Below, in pieces: positions 1 to 8,950 of a DNA stretch of 49,808 bases. The stretch is taken from the NCBI GenBank assembly GCA_964347265.1, contig CAYFXV010000004.1:1-49808 (forward strand), in the 5' to 3' direction. The translations under genes were made by a program, and so were the position numbers. A model generated the notes under the pieces. That model did not search any database, had not been told where the DNA came from, and saw nothing but the letters and a program-made list of their open reading frames with translations. Every line of letters begins with the position of its first letter. Positions within the stretch are counted from its first letter, which is position 1. The stretch comes from an uncultured archaeon. GTDB taxonomy: Archaea > Aenigmatarchaeota > Aenigmatarchaeia > Aenigmatarchaeales > Aenigmatarchaeaceae.

Positions 1-725
1 CATTTGTTGCTGATGAAGAAGTTGCAATGAAAGGCTCAGATTATTTGATTAAAAATAGAAAAGAAATTTTCAAAAATATTAAATATGGAGTAATGGGAGA
101 ATGTACAGACCTCAAAACTAGAATTGCACAAAAAGGAATAGTACAAATAAAAGTAAGGTTTAAAGGAAAGGCTGCTCATGGGTCAAAACCAGAATTAGGA
201 GATAACGCAATTTACAAAGCTTCAGATTTTATACAGGAAACGAGAAAATTAATAGAAAAATTAAAAAAAGAAAAACATCCTTTACTAGGAAGCGGAACTA
301 TAAACGTTGGTATTATTAAAGGTGGAACTAAAATTAATGTTGTTCCGGAGTTTTGTGATATAGAAATTGATAGAAGAATTATTCCTAAAGAAAATCCAAA
401 GATAGCAGTAAATCAGATAAAGAAAATATTAAGGAAATTAAAACTAAAAGCTGATGTTAAAGTTGAAAAAAGTAGATTAGCTATGCAATTAAGCCCAAAA
501 ATGGAATTAATAAGAATTTTAAAAGGTATTACAAAAACAAAATTGGTTGGTGAATCAGGTTATACAGAAGCTGAACTGTTTTATAGGGATGCAAAGCTTC
601 CATGTTTTAGTTATGGCCCAGGAACTTCAGAATTAGCTCATACAACTAATGAATACATACTGATTAAAAACTTAAAAAAGGCCGTGAAGATTTATGAAAG
701 ACTAATAAGAAGGATATGTTTATGA
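1..725 (+). CDS. M20 family metallopeptidase/deacylase (ArgE/DapE-like), 5'-truncated by window edge
   Basis: Frame is open upstream of ATG 27 (FVADEE motif from nt 3); GKAAHGS, GGTKINVVP, YGPG..LAHTTNEY motifs. Confidence 0.85.
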   Translation, partial: FVADEEVAMKGSDYLIKNRKEIFKNIKYGVMGECTDLKTRIAQKGIVQIKVRFKGKAAHGSKPELGDNAIYKASDFIQETRKLIEKLKKEKHPLLGSGTINVGIIKGGTKINVVPEFCDIEIDRRIIPKENPKIAVNQIKKILRKLKLKADVKVEKSRLAMQLSPKMELIRILKGITKTKLVGESGYTEAELFYRDAKLPCFSYGPGTSELAHTTNEYILIKNLKKAVKIYERLIRRICL

Positions 726-1987
726 AAACAATAAAAGGAACAAGAGATTTTTTACCTGAAGAAATGATTTTGAGACAGCAAGTGCTAGAAAAAATGAAAT
801 CTGTTTTTGAAATATTTGGATTTCAACCATTAGAAACTCCTGCTCTAGAAAGCTGGGAAGTTTTGTCTGCTAAGGGTGGTGGAGGACCTGAAATTTTAAA
901 AGAAACTTATAATTTTGAGGACTTTGGTGGAAGAAGAGTAGGCCTAAGGTTTGATTTAACAGTTCCTTTAGCAAGGGTAATGGCCTTAAATCCCAACCTA
1001 AATCTTCCATTCAAAAGATATCAAATACAAAATGTTTGGAGATATGCAGATATTGCTAAAGATAGGTTTAGAGAATTCTTACAAGCAGATATAGATACTA
1101 TTGGATCAGATAGTATGCTAGCAGACGCAGAAATTATTGCTTGCGTTATTTCTGTTTTGACTGAATTAGGCTTTAAAGATTTTACAGTAAGACTTAACAA
1201 TAGAAAAATATTGTCAGCTTTAGCAAAATATGCAGGAGTTTCAGAAGAAAAAATTATAGAAACGTTCCGAATAATTGATAAATTAATTAAAATCGGAGAA
1301 AAAGGAGTTGAGAAAGAATTAATTGAAAAAGGAATTTCTAAAGAAGCTTCAAAAAAAATCTTAGAGTTTATAAAAATTAAGGGAGAACCAGTTTTAGAAA
1401 AAGCTGAAAAACTGATTAAAGATAAAGAAGGGATTGAAGAATTAAAACAAATTATTTCTTATCTAAAACAAATGAAAGTTGAACCAAAATTTGAGATTGA
1501 TTTGAGTTTGGCAAGAGGTTTAGACTATTACACTGGTCCAATATTTGAAGTTTTTGCTGAAGAAGGAATAGGAAGTATTGCGGGCGGGGGAAGATATGAT
1601 AAAATGATTGGTTTGTTTTCAGGAAAAGATATTCCTGCAACAGGAATTAGTTTTGGAATAGAAAGATTAATAGAAGTTATAAAAGAAAGAAAAATGATTG
1701 AAGTAAAAAAATCAAGTGTTAAAGTTTTTGTTGTTGCTGTTAATGAAAAAGTAAGAGATAAAGTTTTAGAAATTGTTCAGTTATTAAGAAACAATTCAGT
1801 CTCAACTGATTTTGACTTAAGATCAAGGTCTTTGTCAAAACAATTGGATTATGCTAACTCTCTAATGATTCCAAATGTTATAATTGTTGGAGAAAAAGAA
1901 CTAAAAAATAATTCTGTTAAATTAAAGAAAATGGATACAGGTAAGGAGATTTCAGTTAAAATTGAGGATATAGTGAAATCGTTTTAG
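722..1987 (+). CDS. hisS: Histidyl-tRNA synthetase
   Basis: KGTRDF, LRFDLTVPLAR, RFREFLQADID, RGLDYYTG, GGGRYD motifs; ATGA overlap with upstream stop favours ATG 722. Confidence 0.97.
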   Translation: MKTIKGTRDFLPEEMILRQQVLEKMKSVFEIFGFQPLETPALESWEVLSAKGGGGPEILKETYNFEDFGGRRVGLRFDLTVPLARVMALNPNLNLPFKRYQIQNVWRYADIAKDRFREFLQADIDTIGSDSMLADAEIIACVISVLTELGFKDFTVRLNNRKILSALAKYAGVSEEKIIETFRIIDKLIKIGEKGVEKELIEKGISKEASKKILEFIKIKGEPVLEKAEKLIKDKEGIEELKQIISYLKQMKVEPKFEIDLSLARGLDYYTGPIFEVFAEEGIGSIAGGGRYDKMIGLFSGKDIPATGISFGIERLIEVIKERKMIEVKKSSVKVFVVAVNEKVRDKVLEIVQLLRNNSVSTDFDLRSRSLSKQLDYANSLMIPNVIIVGEKELKNNSVKLKKMDTGKEISVKIEDIVKSF

Positions 1988-2032
1988 GGTATTAATACAT
2001 AGTGGTGTGTAGAAAAAATCAAAAATCTTTTT

Positions 2033-2146
2033 TTAGTAGCTCACGAGTATGCCATCTTCAATTACAAAGCCGCATTTTCTGCAACTGACTTCTCCCAAAC
2101 TTCTTGCAATCTTTATTGAACCACACTCGGGGCATCTTATTTTCAT
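2033..2146 (-). CDS. Stand-alone TFIIB/TFB-type zinc-ribbon small protein (37 aa), not in ORF track
   Basis: Manual translation MKIRCPECGSIKIARSLGEVSCRKCGFVIEDGILVSY; CPxCG...GEVxCxxCGxVIE pattern; TTTAAAAA box 23 nt upstream on minus strand. Confidence 0.8.
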   Translation of the reverse strand: MKIRCPECGSIKIARSLGEVSCRKCGFVIEDGILVSY

Positions 2147-2238
2147 ATTAAGTCTTAAAACATAAAACTTTTTAAACTTTATTCTTTTTGAAACTATGTT
2201 TTTAAAAAATTATACGCGGAAATGTGAGTTAAAAAACA

Positions 2239-2246
2239 TTTATATA
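2239..2246 (+). promoter_or_regulatory. TATA box upstream of PINA
   Basis: TTTATATA preceded by A-rich BRE-like AAAAAACA, 34 nt before ATG 2280. Confidence 0.5.
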
Positions 2247-2279
2247 GTGTTTTAAATATTTCGCCAAATAAGTGATTTT

Positions 2280-4115
2280 ATGAAAAAAAGAAGAAAAATT
2301 GAAGAAAAAGATTTGAAATTAAATAAAATATGCGTAGACACATCTGCATTGATTCACGGAAAAGTCACAGATTTAATTAAATCAAAAAAACTAGATAATT
2401 CTGAAATAATAATTCCTGAACTTGTTATAGGCGAATTACAAGCTCAAGCAACTAGAGGAAGAGAAATAGGATTTATGGGTCTAGAGGAAATAAAGAAAAT
2501 AAGAAAATTAAAGGACAAACATAGAATAAATTTGAATTTTCTTGGTGAAAGACCTAGTTATGAAGATATCTTATTAGCAAAATCAGGAAGAATAGATGCA
2601 TTAATACAAGATGTTGCAAGAGAAAATAATGCAGTTCTAGTTACATGCGATCTTTTACAAGGTTTGGTTGCACAAGCTCAGGGAATAAAAGTAAAATATT
2701 TTGAGTCTTATAAGAAAAAGAAAAGAATTAAAATAGAGAATTTTCTTTCTCATGATACTATGTCTATTCATTTGAAAGAGGGAGCTATTCCTTATGCAAA
2801 AAAAGGAAAACCTGGAAAAATAAAATTCATTGCATTAAGAAAAAAACCAATGAAATACGAAGAATTAGAAGCAATAGCTGCAGAAATTCTTGATACAGCA
2901 AGATATGAGGAAGATTCTTTTGTAGAACTAGGATTACACGGAGCAACAGTCGTTCAATTAAAGGAAAAAAGAATTTCAATAGCAAGAAAACCATTTTCAG
3001 ATGGATTAGAAATAACTTTAGTTAGACCAATAGTCAAACTAACTTTGGATGATTACAAACTTTCTAGTAAATTAAAAAATAGATTGTCGGAAAAAGCAGA
3101 AGGAATAATTGTAGCAGGACCTCCAGGGAGTGGAAAATCAACTTTCTCAGCTTCCTTAGCAGAATTTTACTTTAAACAAGGCAAAATTGTTAAAACTTTG
3201 GAACAGCCAAGAGATTTACAAGTTCCACCAGAGATAACTCAGTATGCTCCTTTAAATGGAAGCTTTGTAAAATCAGCCAATATACTTCTCTTGGTAAGAC
3301 CAGATTATACTATATTTGATGATGTAAGAAATCCTAAAGAGTTTGATATATTTTCTGATATGAGACTTGCAGGAATAGGAATGATAGGTGTTGTCCATGC
3401 CACAGATCCTGTTGATGCTGTTCAGAGATTTATAGGAAAAATAGAATTAGGAGTCATACCACATGTTATTGATACTATAATATATATTAAAGATGGAAAA
3501 ATTGAAAGAGTTTATTCTTTAAGCTTAACTGTTAGAGTTCCTATTGGAATGACTGAAGCAGACTTAGCAAGACCAATTGTAGAAGTCAGAGATTTTGAGA
3601 CAAAGAGTTTGAAATATGAAATATATACTTATGGAGAACAAACAACAGTTATCCCTGTTAAAAAAGAGAAAAAATCTGCTATACAGAAATTGGCTTCTGA
3701 TAGAATAAAATCAGAAATAAGAAGATTTGATCCTTCAGCAAAAATAGAATTCTTATCTGAGAATAATGTGATTGTGAAAGTTAACAACAAAATAATACCT
3801 AAATTAATAGGAAAGGATGGAAAAACAATAAAATCAATAGAAGATAAACTTGGAATTTCAATAGAAGTGCAACCTATTGTTGAATCTCTTGGAAAGGAAA
3901 TAAAATTCGATGTCCATGAAACAGGAGCTTATATTGTTTTTACATTTGATAAAAGGATTTCTGGTAAAAATGCAAATATTTATGTTGATGATGAATATAT
4001 GTTTTCTGCAACCATTGGTAGAACAGGACAAATAAAAATTTCTAAAGGTTCAGATTTAGGCAAGTCTTTATTAAGATCAATAACTGGCAGGAAAGGTATT
4101 AAAGTTTTTATATGA
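2280..4115 (+). CDS. PINA ATPase (PIN domain + PilT-like ATPase + KH domain)
   Basis: N-terminal PIN (CVDTSALI, TCD), Walker A GPPGSGKST, LLLVRPDYTIFD, GVVHAT, C-terminal KH LIGKDGKTI. Confidence 0.93.
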   Translation: MKKRRKIEEKDLKLNKICVDTSALIHGKVTDLIKSKKLDNSEIIIPELVIGELQAQATRGREIGFMGLEEIKKIRKLKDKHRINLNFLGERPSYEDILLAKSGRIDALIQDVARENNAVLVTCDLLQGLVAQAQGIKVKYFESYKKKKRIKIENFLSHDTMSIHLKEGAIPYAKKGKPGKIKFIALRKKPMKYEELEAIAAEILDTARYEEDSFVELGLHGATVVQLKEKRISIARKPFSDGLEITLVRPIVKLTLDDYKLSSKLKNRLSEKAEGIIVAGPPGSGKSTFSASLAEFYFKQGKIVKTLEQPRDLQVPPEITQYAPLNGSFVKSANILLLVRPDYTIFDDVRNPKEFDIFSDMRLAGIGMIGVVHATDPVDAVQRFIGKIELGVIPHVIDTIIYIKDGKIERVYSLSLTVRVPIGMTEADLARPIVEVRDFETKSLKYEIYTYGEQTTVIPVKKEKKSAIQKLASDRIKSEIRRFDPSAKIEFLSENNVIVKVNNKIIPKLIGKDGKTIKSIEDKLGISIEVQPIVESLGKEIKFDVHETGAYIVFTFDKRISGKNANIYVDDEYMFSATIGRTGQIKISKGSDLGKSLLRSITGRKGIKVFI

Positions 4116-4127
4116 AGGTTGTTAATC

Positions 4128-4430
4128 ATGCCAATATATAGATTAACAGTTTTTGGAAAACAATCTCATGCATCAATGCCATGCTCAGGAGTAAATGCTA
4201 TCAGGTATGGAGCTAGATTAATATCAATGATGGAGATGCGCCTAGTGAGTATAGAGGGCGGACTTGCAGATAATATTATACCACCTTCATGTGAATTTAC
4301 TTTTAGTTCAGAAAAAAGTTTGAGAGAACTAAGAAAAAATGCTACAGAACAAATGGAAAAAATTAAAGAAGAGGGAGATAGATTAGTAAAAAAAAATTTG
4401 AGATATGAAATAGAATTATTGTATCCATGA
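4128..4430 (+). CDS. Small protein resembling an isolated M20 peptidase dimerisation domain
   Basis: GKQSHASMPCSGVNAI and IEGG..DNIIPPSCEF match the dimerisation-domain pattern of the M20 gene at 1-725; ATG 4128 preferred over TTG 4119. Confidence 0.6.
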   Translation: MPIYRLTVFGKQSHASMPCSGVNAIRYGARLISMMEMRLVSIEGGLADNIIPPSCEFTFSSEKSLRELRKNATEQMEKIKEEGDRLVKKNLRYEIELLYP

Positions 4431-4472
4431 GTTTATATAATTTTTATACTCTTAATTTCTATTAATCAATAT

Positions 4473-4547
4473 GCTCCTGTAGCTCAGTTTGGATAGAGCG
4501 GCTGCCTCCTAAGCAGTAGGTCGTGCGTTCAAATCGCACCAGGAGCA
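4473..4547 (+). tRNA. tRNA-Arg(CCT), intronless
   Basis: GCTCCTG/CAGGAGC acceptor, GCTGC-CT-CCT-AA-GCAGT anticodon arm, GTGCG-TTCAAAT-CGCAC T arm. Confidence 0.96.
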
Positions 4548-4581
4548 TTATTTTTTATATAAAACAACACGATAATTAATT

Positions 4582-5277
4582 ATGAAAAAAGAAAGAATAG
4601 AAACAGGAATCCCAGGAGTAGACAAATTAATAGGAGGAGGTCTATTGCCTCATTCTTTAACTTTATTAACAGGAACAACAGGAACAGGAAAAACTGTAAT
4701 GTCATCTCAATTCATTTATTTTGGAGTTAAAGAACATGATGCTCCTGGAGTTTACGTCAGTTTTGAAGAACCTGTAGATAATATAAGGAGAGATTGTTTG
4801 GATTTTGGTTGGGATTTTGAACCTTTAGAAAAGAGAAACAAAATTATTTTTGTTAGGTATGATCCTTTTCATGTTGAAGATATTTATGAGTTAATAGAAA
4901 CCAATGTTAAAAAGATAGGAGCAAAAAGAGTTGTTATAGATTCTATATCTGCTTTAGGTTTATATGTAAGAGATATTCCAGACATAAGAAGAATGGTATT
5001 TAACATATCATTGCTTTTAAGAAAATTAGGTTGTACATCAATTTTGATTTCTGAAACTTTGCCAATGCAAAATTCGTTATCAAGATTTGGAGTAGAGGAA
5101 TTTGTGACAGACAATGTTATTGTTTTATATTATACTAAGACAGGTTCTCAATTTTCAAGAGCGCTAACAATATGGAAAATGAGAGGTTCTGAACACTCAA
5201 ATAAGCTTCATCCTTATAGAATATCAAATAAAGGTGTTACAATATATAGTGAAGAAGAAGCATTTTCAAAACTTTAA
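4582..5277 (+). CDS. Single-domain KaiC-like (RAD55/GvpD) RecA-superfamily ATPase
   Basis: TGIPGVD, Walker A GTTGTGKT, YVSFEE, VVIDSI, IWKMRGSEH. Confidence 0.9.
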   Translation: MKKERIETGIPGVDKLIGGGLLPHSLTLLTGTTGTGKTVMSSQFIYFGVKEHDAPGVYVSFEEPVDNIRRDCLDFGWDFEPLEKRNKIIFVRYDPFHVEDIYELIETNVKKIGAKRVVIDSISALGLYVRDIPDIRRMVFNISLLLRKLGCTSILISETLPMQNSLSRFGVEEFVTDNVIVLYYTKTGSQFSRALTIWKMRGSEHSNKLHPYRISNKGVTIYSEEEAFSKL

Positions 5278-5308
5278 AGATATATATAAACTGTTCTAAA
5301 TTTATCTT

Positions 5309-6250
5309 ATGCCTAAAAGGACTAAGAAACACAGAACCAAAAAGCATATCAAGAAAATTAAGAAAGAAAAAGTAAAAGATTATCATTTTTTAAAGGTTCC
5401 AGCAATAAAACTTTTTGGTAGATCAGCAGATAAATATTCTGATTATTTTAATATAATAAAAACATCACTCCATAAGGCCGATGCAAAAATTTTATTTAGA
5501 ACTTATTTATCAATTATGTTCTTTCTCACGTCATTTGTTTTTGTTTTGTCACTCTTCTCTACTTTAGCATTTTCAATACATTTAGGTTTGAATATTTTAC
5601 AAACCATTTTAGGCTTGTTAATTTTACCAACTTTATTTTCTATTGTTACATTTCTTTCATATTATATTTATCCAATATCTTCGGCACAAAGAAGAAAAAA
5701 TGACATAGAATCAAATTTACCTTTTGCATTAAATCATATGTCAGCTATTGCAGGTTCTGGGGTTCCTCCAAGAGTCATGTTTAAAGTTATTTCAAGATTT
5801 AGGGAATATGGAGAAATTTCTAAAGAGGCGAACAAAATAAGAAGAAATGTCGAAGTTTTCGGTATGGATGAAATGACATCCATAAAAGAAGTTGCATCAA
5901 AATCTCCGTCACCACTCTTTAAAGACTTCTTACAAGGAATTCTAACAACAATTCAAACAGGAGGTAATCTTAACAATTTTTTAAAAGAAGAGGCTGAAAA
6001 AGCAATGTTTGATTATAGGATTAGAAGAAATAAGTACGTACAACAATTAACAATTTATGCAGATTTCTATACAGCATTGCTAATTGCAGCTCCTCTCATT
6101 TTCATAATAATGTTGCCTATTTTAAGTATAATGCAAGGAACCTTATTTGGATTTGGAATACATGAATTGATAAATCTTGGTTTAATCTCGCTTACAGTTT
6201 TAAATATAGGATTTTTAATATTCCTTCAATTAACTCAACCTAAAATGTGA
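5309..6250 (+). CDS. Type IV pilus membrane platform protein (T2SSF/TadC/ArlJ-like)
   Basis: IESNLPFALNHMSAIAGSG, YGEISKE, TGGNLNNFL, multiple TM segments. Confidence 0.88.
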   Translation: MPKRTKKHRTKKHIKKIKKEKVKDYHFLKVPAIKLFGRSADKYSDYFNIIKTSLHKADAKILFRTYLSIMFFLTSFVFVLSLFSTLAFSIHLGLNILQTILGLLILPTLFSIVTFLSYYIYPISSAQRRKNDIESNLPFALNHMSAIAGSGVPPRVMFKVISRFREYGEISKEANKIRRNVEVFGMDEMTSIKEVASKSPSPLFKDFLQGILTTIQTGGNLNNFLKEEAEKAMFDYRIRRNKYVQQLTIYADFYTALLIAAPLIFIIMLPILSIMQGTLFGFGIHELINLGLISLTVLNIGFLIFLQLTQPKM

Positions 6251-6254
6251 TTTA

Positions 6255-7061
6255 ATGAAAAAATCAAACCTCTTAATGAAAATAACATTGTTAACTACTC
6301 TAATAGGAATTTCACTTGCTATTTTAAATTTGATTTTGTTATCATCATTCACTTTAAGCGTAGTTTCTATTGTTATTATACCAATAGGTCCTTTTGTTTA
6401 TCAATATAGAAAATACAAAGAAAATAAAGAGATTGAAGAGAGATTTCCAGATTTTTTAAGAGATGTAGCACAAAACATAAGAACAGGAATGACAATACCT
6501 CAAGCAATAAAAGCAACAAAAGGTACTTATTATGGAGCATTAAGTCCTTATGTTGGAAAAATGATTGTTCAAATAGACTGGGGAGTCCCTTTTAATAAGA
6601 TTCTTACAGACTTTGCAAACAACACAACTAAATCTTTGAGAAGAACTGTTTTAACAATAATAGATACTCATAAAGGTGGAGGCGATATCGCCGACATATT
6701 TGATTCTGTTGGTAAAAGTATTATTGAAATTAATAGAATAAATAAAGAACGCTATTCTGTAATTTATAACCAAATGTTAACAGGATACATAATTTTCTTT
6801 GTTTTCATAGGAGTTTTAATTATGATGCAAATATATTTGATTCCAAGCTTACAAACCTTTGCTGCTCCAGAGGTTGGAATCTCAACTTTTGAACAGCTTG
6901 GCGGTTTTTATGCTAATGTTTTCAGGATACTTATAATATTACAAGGATTTTTCTCCGGTTTAGTTATAGGTAAATTATCTGAAGGTAGTACAATATCAGG
7001 CTTAAAGCACTCTATACTTTTAGTTATTATAGGTTCTCTTGCGCTTTGGGCTTTCATATAG
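6255..7061 (+). CDS. Second type IV pilus membrane platform protein (T2SSF/TadC-like)
   Basis: IEERFPDFLRDVAQNIRTGMT, YGALSP, GGDIADIF, QGFFSGLVIGKLSEG. Confidence 0.88.
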   Translation: MKKSNLLMKITLLTTLIGISLAILNLILLSSFTLSVVSIVIIPIGPFVYQYRKYKENKEIEERFPDFLRDVAQNIRTGMTIPQAIKATKGTYYGALSPYVGKMIVQIDWGVPFNKILTDFANNTTKSLRRTVLTIIDTHKGGGDIADIFDSVGKSIIEINRINKERYSVIYNQMLTGYIIFFVFIGVLIMMQIYLIPSLQTFAAPEVGISTFEQLGGFYANVFRILIILQGFFSGLVIGKLSEGSTISGLKHSILLVIIGSLALWAFI

Positions 7062-7092
7062 ATTTTTATTGTGGGTTAATCTACCATTTATT

Positions 7093-7503
7093 ATGAAAGC
7101 ACTTTATCCACCATTATCATACACACTTTTTATTGTAATCAGTATCGCTGCTTTATCTATTATATTAATAATAGTAAACACTTTTTCAGAAAATATACAA
7201 AGAAATTATGCTTATGGTCAATTAAATTATATAGCAGAAGTTATAAGACAAGATATTTTAAAATTGTACTCTACAAATGCTGAAGGAAGATTAGAATTAT
7301 CTATTCCTAAAGATATTATTGGAAAACAATATTTGATAGAGCTAGATCAAAAAAATTTAAAATTAAGTCTTGAATTTAAAGACGAAAGAATAGAAGTAGA
7401 ACGTTTTATAAATACTAGTGCTTCTTTAAGTGGAAGATTTTTCGCACCAGTTTCAATTGAAATGAATAAAACAAATGGAGACATTTCTATAAAGTTGGTT
7501 TAA
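7093..7503 (+). CDS. Pilin-like protein
   Basis: MKA followed by hydrophobic N-terminal helix (class III signal-like); lies in pilus cluster; ATG 7093 preferred. Confidence 0.65.
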   Translation: MKALYPPLSYTLFIVISIAALSIILIIVNTFSENIQRNYAYGQLNYIAEVIRQDILKLYSTNAEGRLELSIPKDIIGKQYLIELDQKNLKLSLEFKDERIEVERFINTSASLSGRFFAPVSIEMNKTNGDISIKLV

Positions 7504-8214
7504 ATGAGTCATATAGATTTTGCAATAGGTTTTGTTTTAATAATCTCAACAATATTTTTAATAATTTATTTTACTTCGAATTCTATATCAAATAATGTTA
7601 ATGATTTAAGTGTAAATGAAATTAAAGAATCTTCTTTATCTTTAGAAAAATATTTGTTTGAAATAAGTGATGATAAAAGTTTAATTTCAACTTTTAGAGA
7701 ACTTCAAACAATTCTAACTGAAGTTAATGATACAGATCATAGTGAAGAAATAAGAATATCAATAAAACCAGATGTTAGCAAAGTTAAAGTTTATGATAAT
7801 TTAATGAATGAAATCCCTTCAACATCTTCCCAATTAGTAGGAGAAACTGTTTTATCCTTTTTGCAAGATTTTACTGCAAACGAAGAGAAAAGTATTGGCA
7901 TATATTATTTTGGGGATGCAGTTGTGGATATTGATTATCTTTCTACTGAAAATAATATAAGTCTTAGAATACTCTCTAATAAAGAATTAAATGTGGTCTC
8001 TCAAGAAAAATGTTCTAATTTTAAAAGCAAATCTTATGAATATATTAAAGAAGATTTTGGTTTTCAAAATCAATTCAGACTAGATTTAGATGGTTGTAGT
8101 TACGGTCCAGAACCATCACTAACAGCAAATATAATACTTAAAAATATTCCCGTACTTTCTGAAAATTCTGATGGTTTGTTAAGAGCTAAAATTGCTAGGT
8201 TGAGAATATGGTAA
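7504..8214 (+). CDS. Pilin-like / pilus accessory protein
   Basis: N-terminal hydrophobic helix MSHIDFAIGFVLIISTIFLIIYF; coupled to neighbouring genes. Confidence 0.6.
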   Translation: MSHIDFAIGFVLIISTIFLIIYFTSNSISNNVNDLSVNEIKESSLSLEKYLFEISDDKSLISTFRELQTILTEVNDTDHSEEIRISIKPDVSKVKVYDNLMNEIPSTSSQLVGETVLSFLQDFTANEEKSIGIYYFGDAVVDIDYLSTENNISLRILSNKELNVVSQEKCSNFKSKSYEYIKEDFGFQNQFRLDLDGCSYGPEPSLTANIILKNIPVLSENSDGLLRAKIARLRIW

Positions 8215-8585
8215 TGAAAGGTTATGTTAAAACATTAGAAGCTGGAATTGCAATTATCTTAATTTTAATTTCAATGGTATTTTTATTTCCTGAAAAAACA
8301 AAAACCGAACCTCAAATCTCAGATGTAGGTTATAATTGTTTAAAATATTTAGATTATGGCAAGTCTTTAAGATATTATGCAGTAAATGATTTTGAATCCG
8401 ATTTGATTAATGATTTACGGAGTTGTTTACCTCCAATACTAAATTATACAGCAAAAATATGTACCACTACTCTTTGTAATACTGAACTTCCCTCAGATAA
8501 AACAGTCTTTTTATCAAGTTACTTAATAAGTGGAGAAGATTCTATTAACCCAGTTTTAATTAATCTTTGGGTTTGGTCAACATGA
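8214..8585 (+). CDS. Minor pilin-like protein
   Basis: MKG/YVKTLEA plus hydrophobic helix; TAATG overlap with upstream gene. Confidence 0.7.
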   Translation: MKGYVKTLEAGIAIILILISMVFLFPEKTKTEPQISDVGYNCLKYLDYGKSLRYYAVNDFESDLINDLRSCLPPILNYTAKICTTTLCNTELPSDKTVFLSSYLISGEDSINPVLINLWVWST

Positions 8586-8950
8586 AGGGACAAATTTTTA
8601 TAATGGCTGCAGTGTTAGTTTTAATAGCATTAATTTTGCTCAGAAATGCAATACAATCAATTGAAATTAAACCTAAGAATCTTCTTTATGAAAATTTTGT
8701 TAATTTAAAAAATGAATTAATTAAGACAGTAGACCTATCAATCTTAAATCAAGAAGATATTACAACAAATTTGAATAATTTTATAACATTTTCTACAAAT
8801 GTTCTTGAGCAAAGAGACTATGATGAAACTGTTGTATTTGAAATTTTTACTTATGGTAATACTACTGAAGTTTATATGAACATTTCCCTTAAACTAGAAA
8901 ATTCATTTATAGAAGATAAATTTATAATTAACAGGACGGTTTATTCATGA
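8582..8950 (+). CDS. Minor pilin-like protein
   Basis: MKG/QIFIMAAVLVLIALILL class III signal; ATGA overlap. Confidence 0.75.
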   Translation: MKGQIFIMAAVLVLIALILLRNAIQSIEIKPKNLLYENFVNLKNELIKTVDLSILNQEDITTNLNNFITFSTNVLEQRDYDETVVFEIFTYGNTTEVYMNISLKLENSFIEDKFIINRTVYS

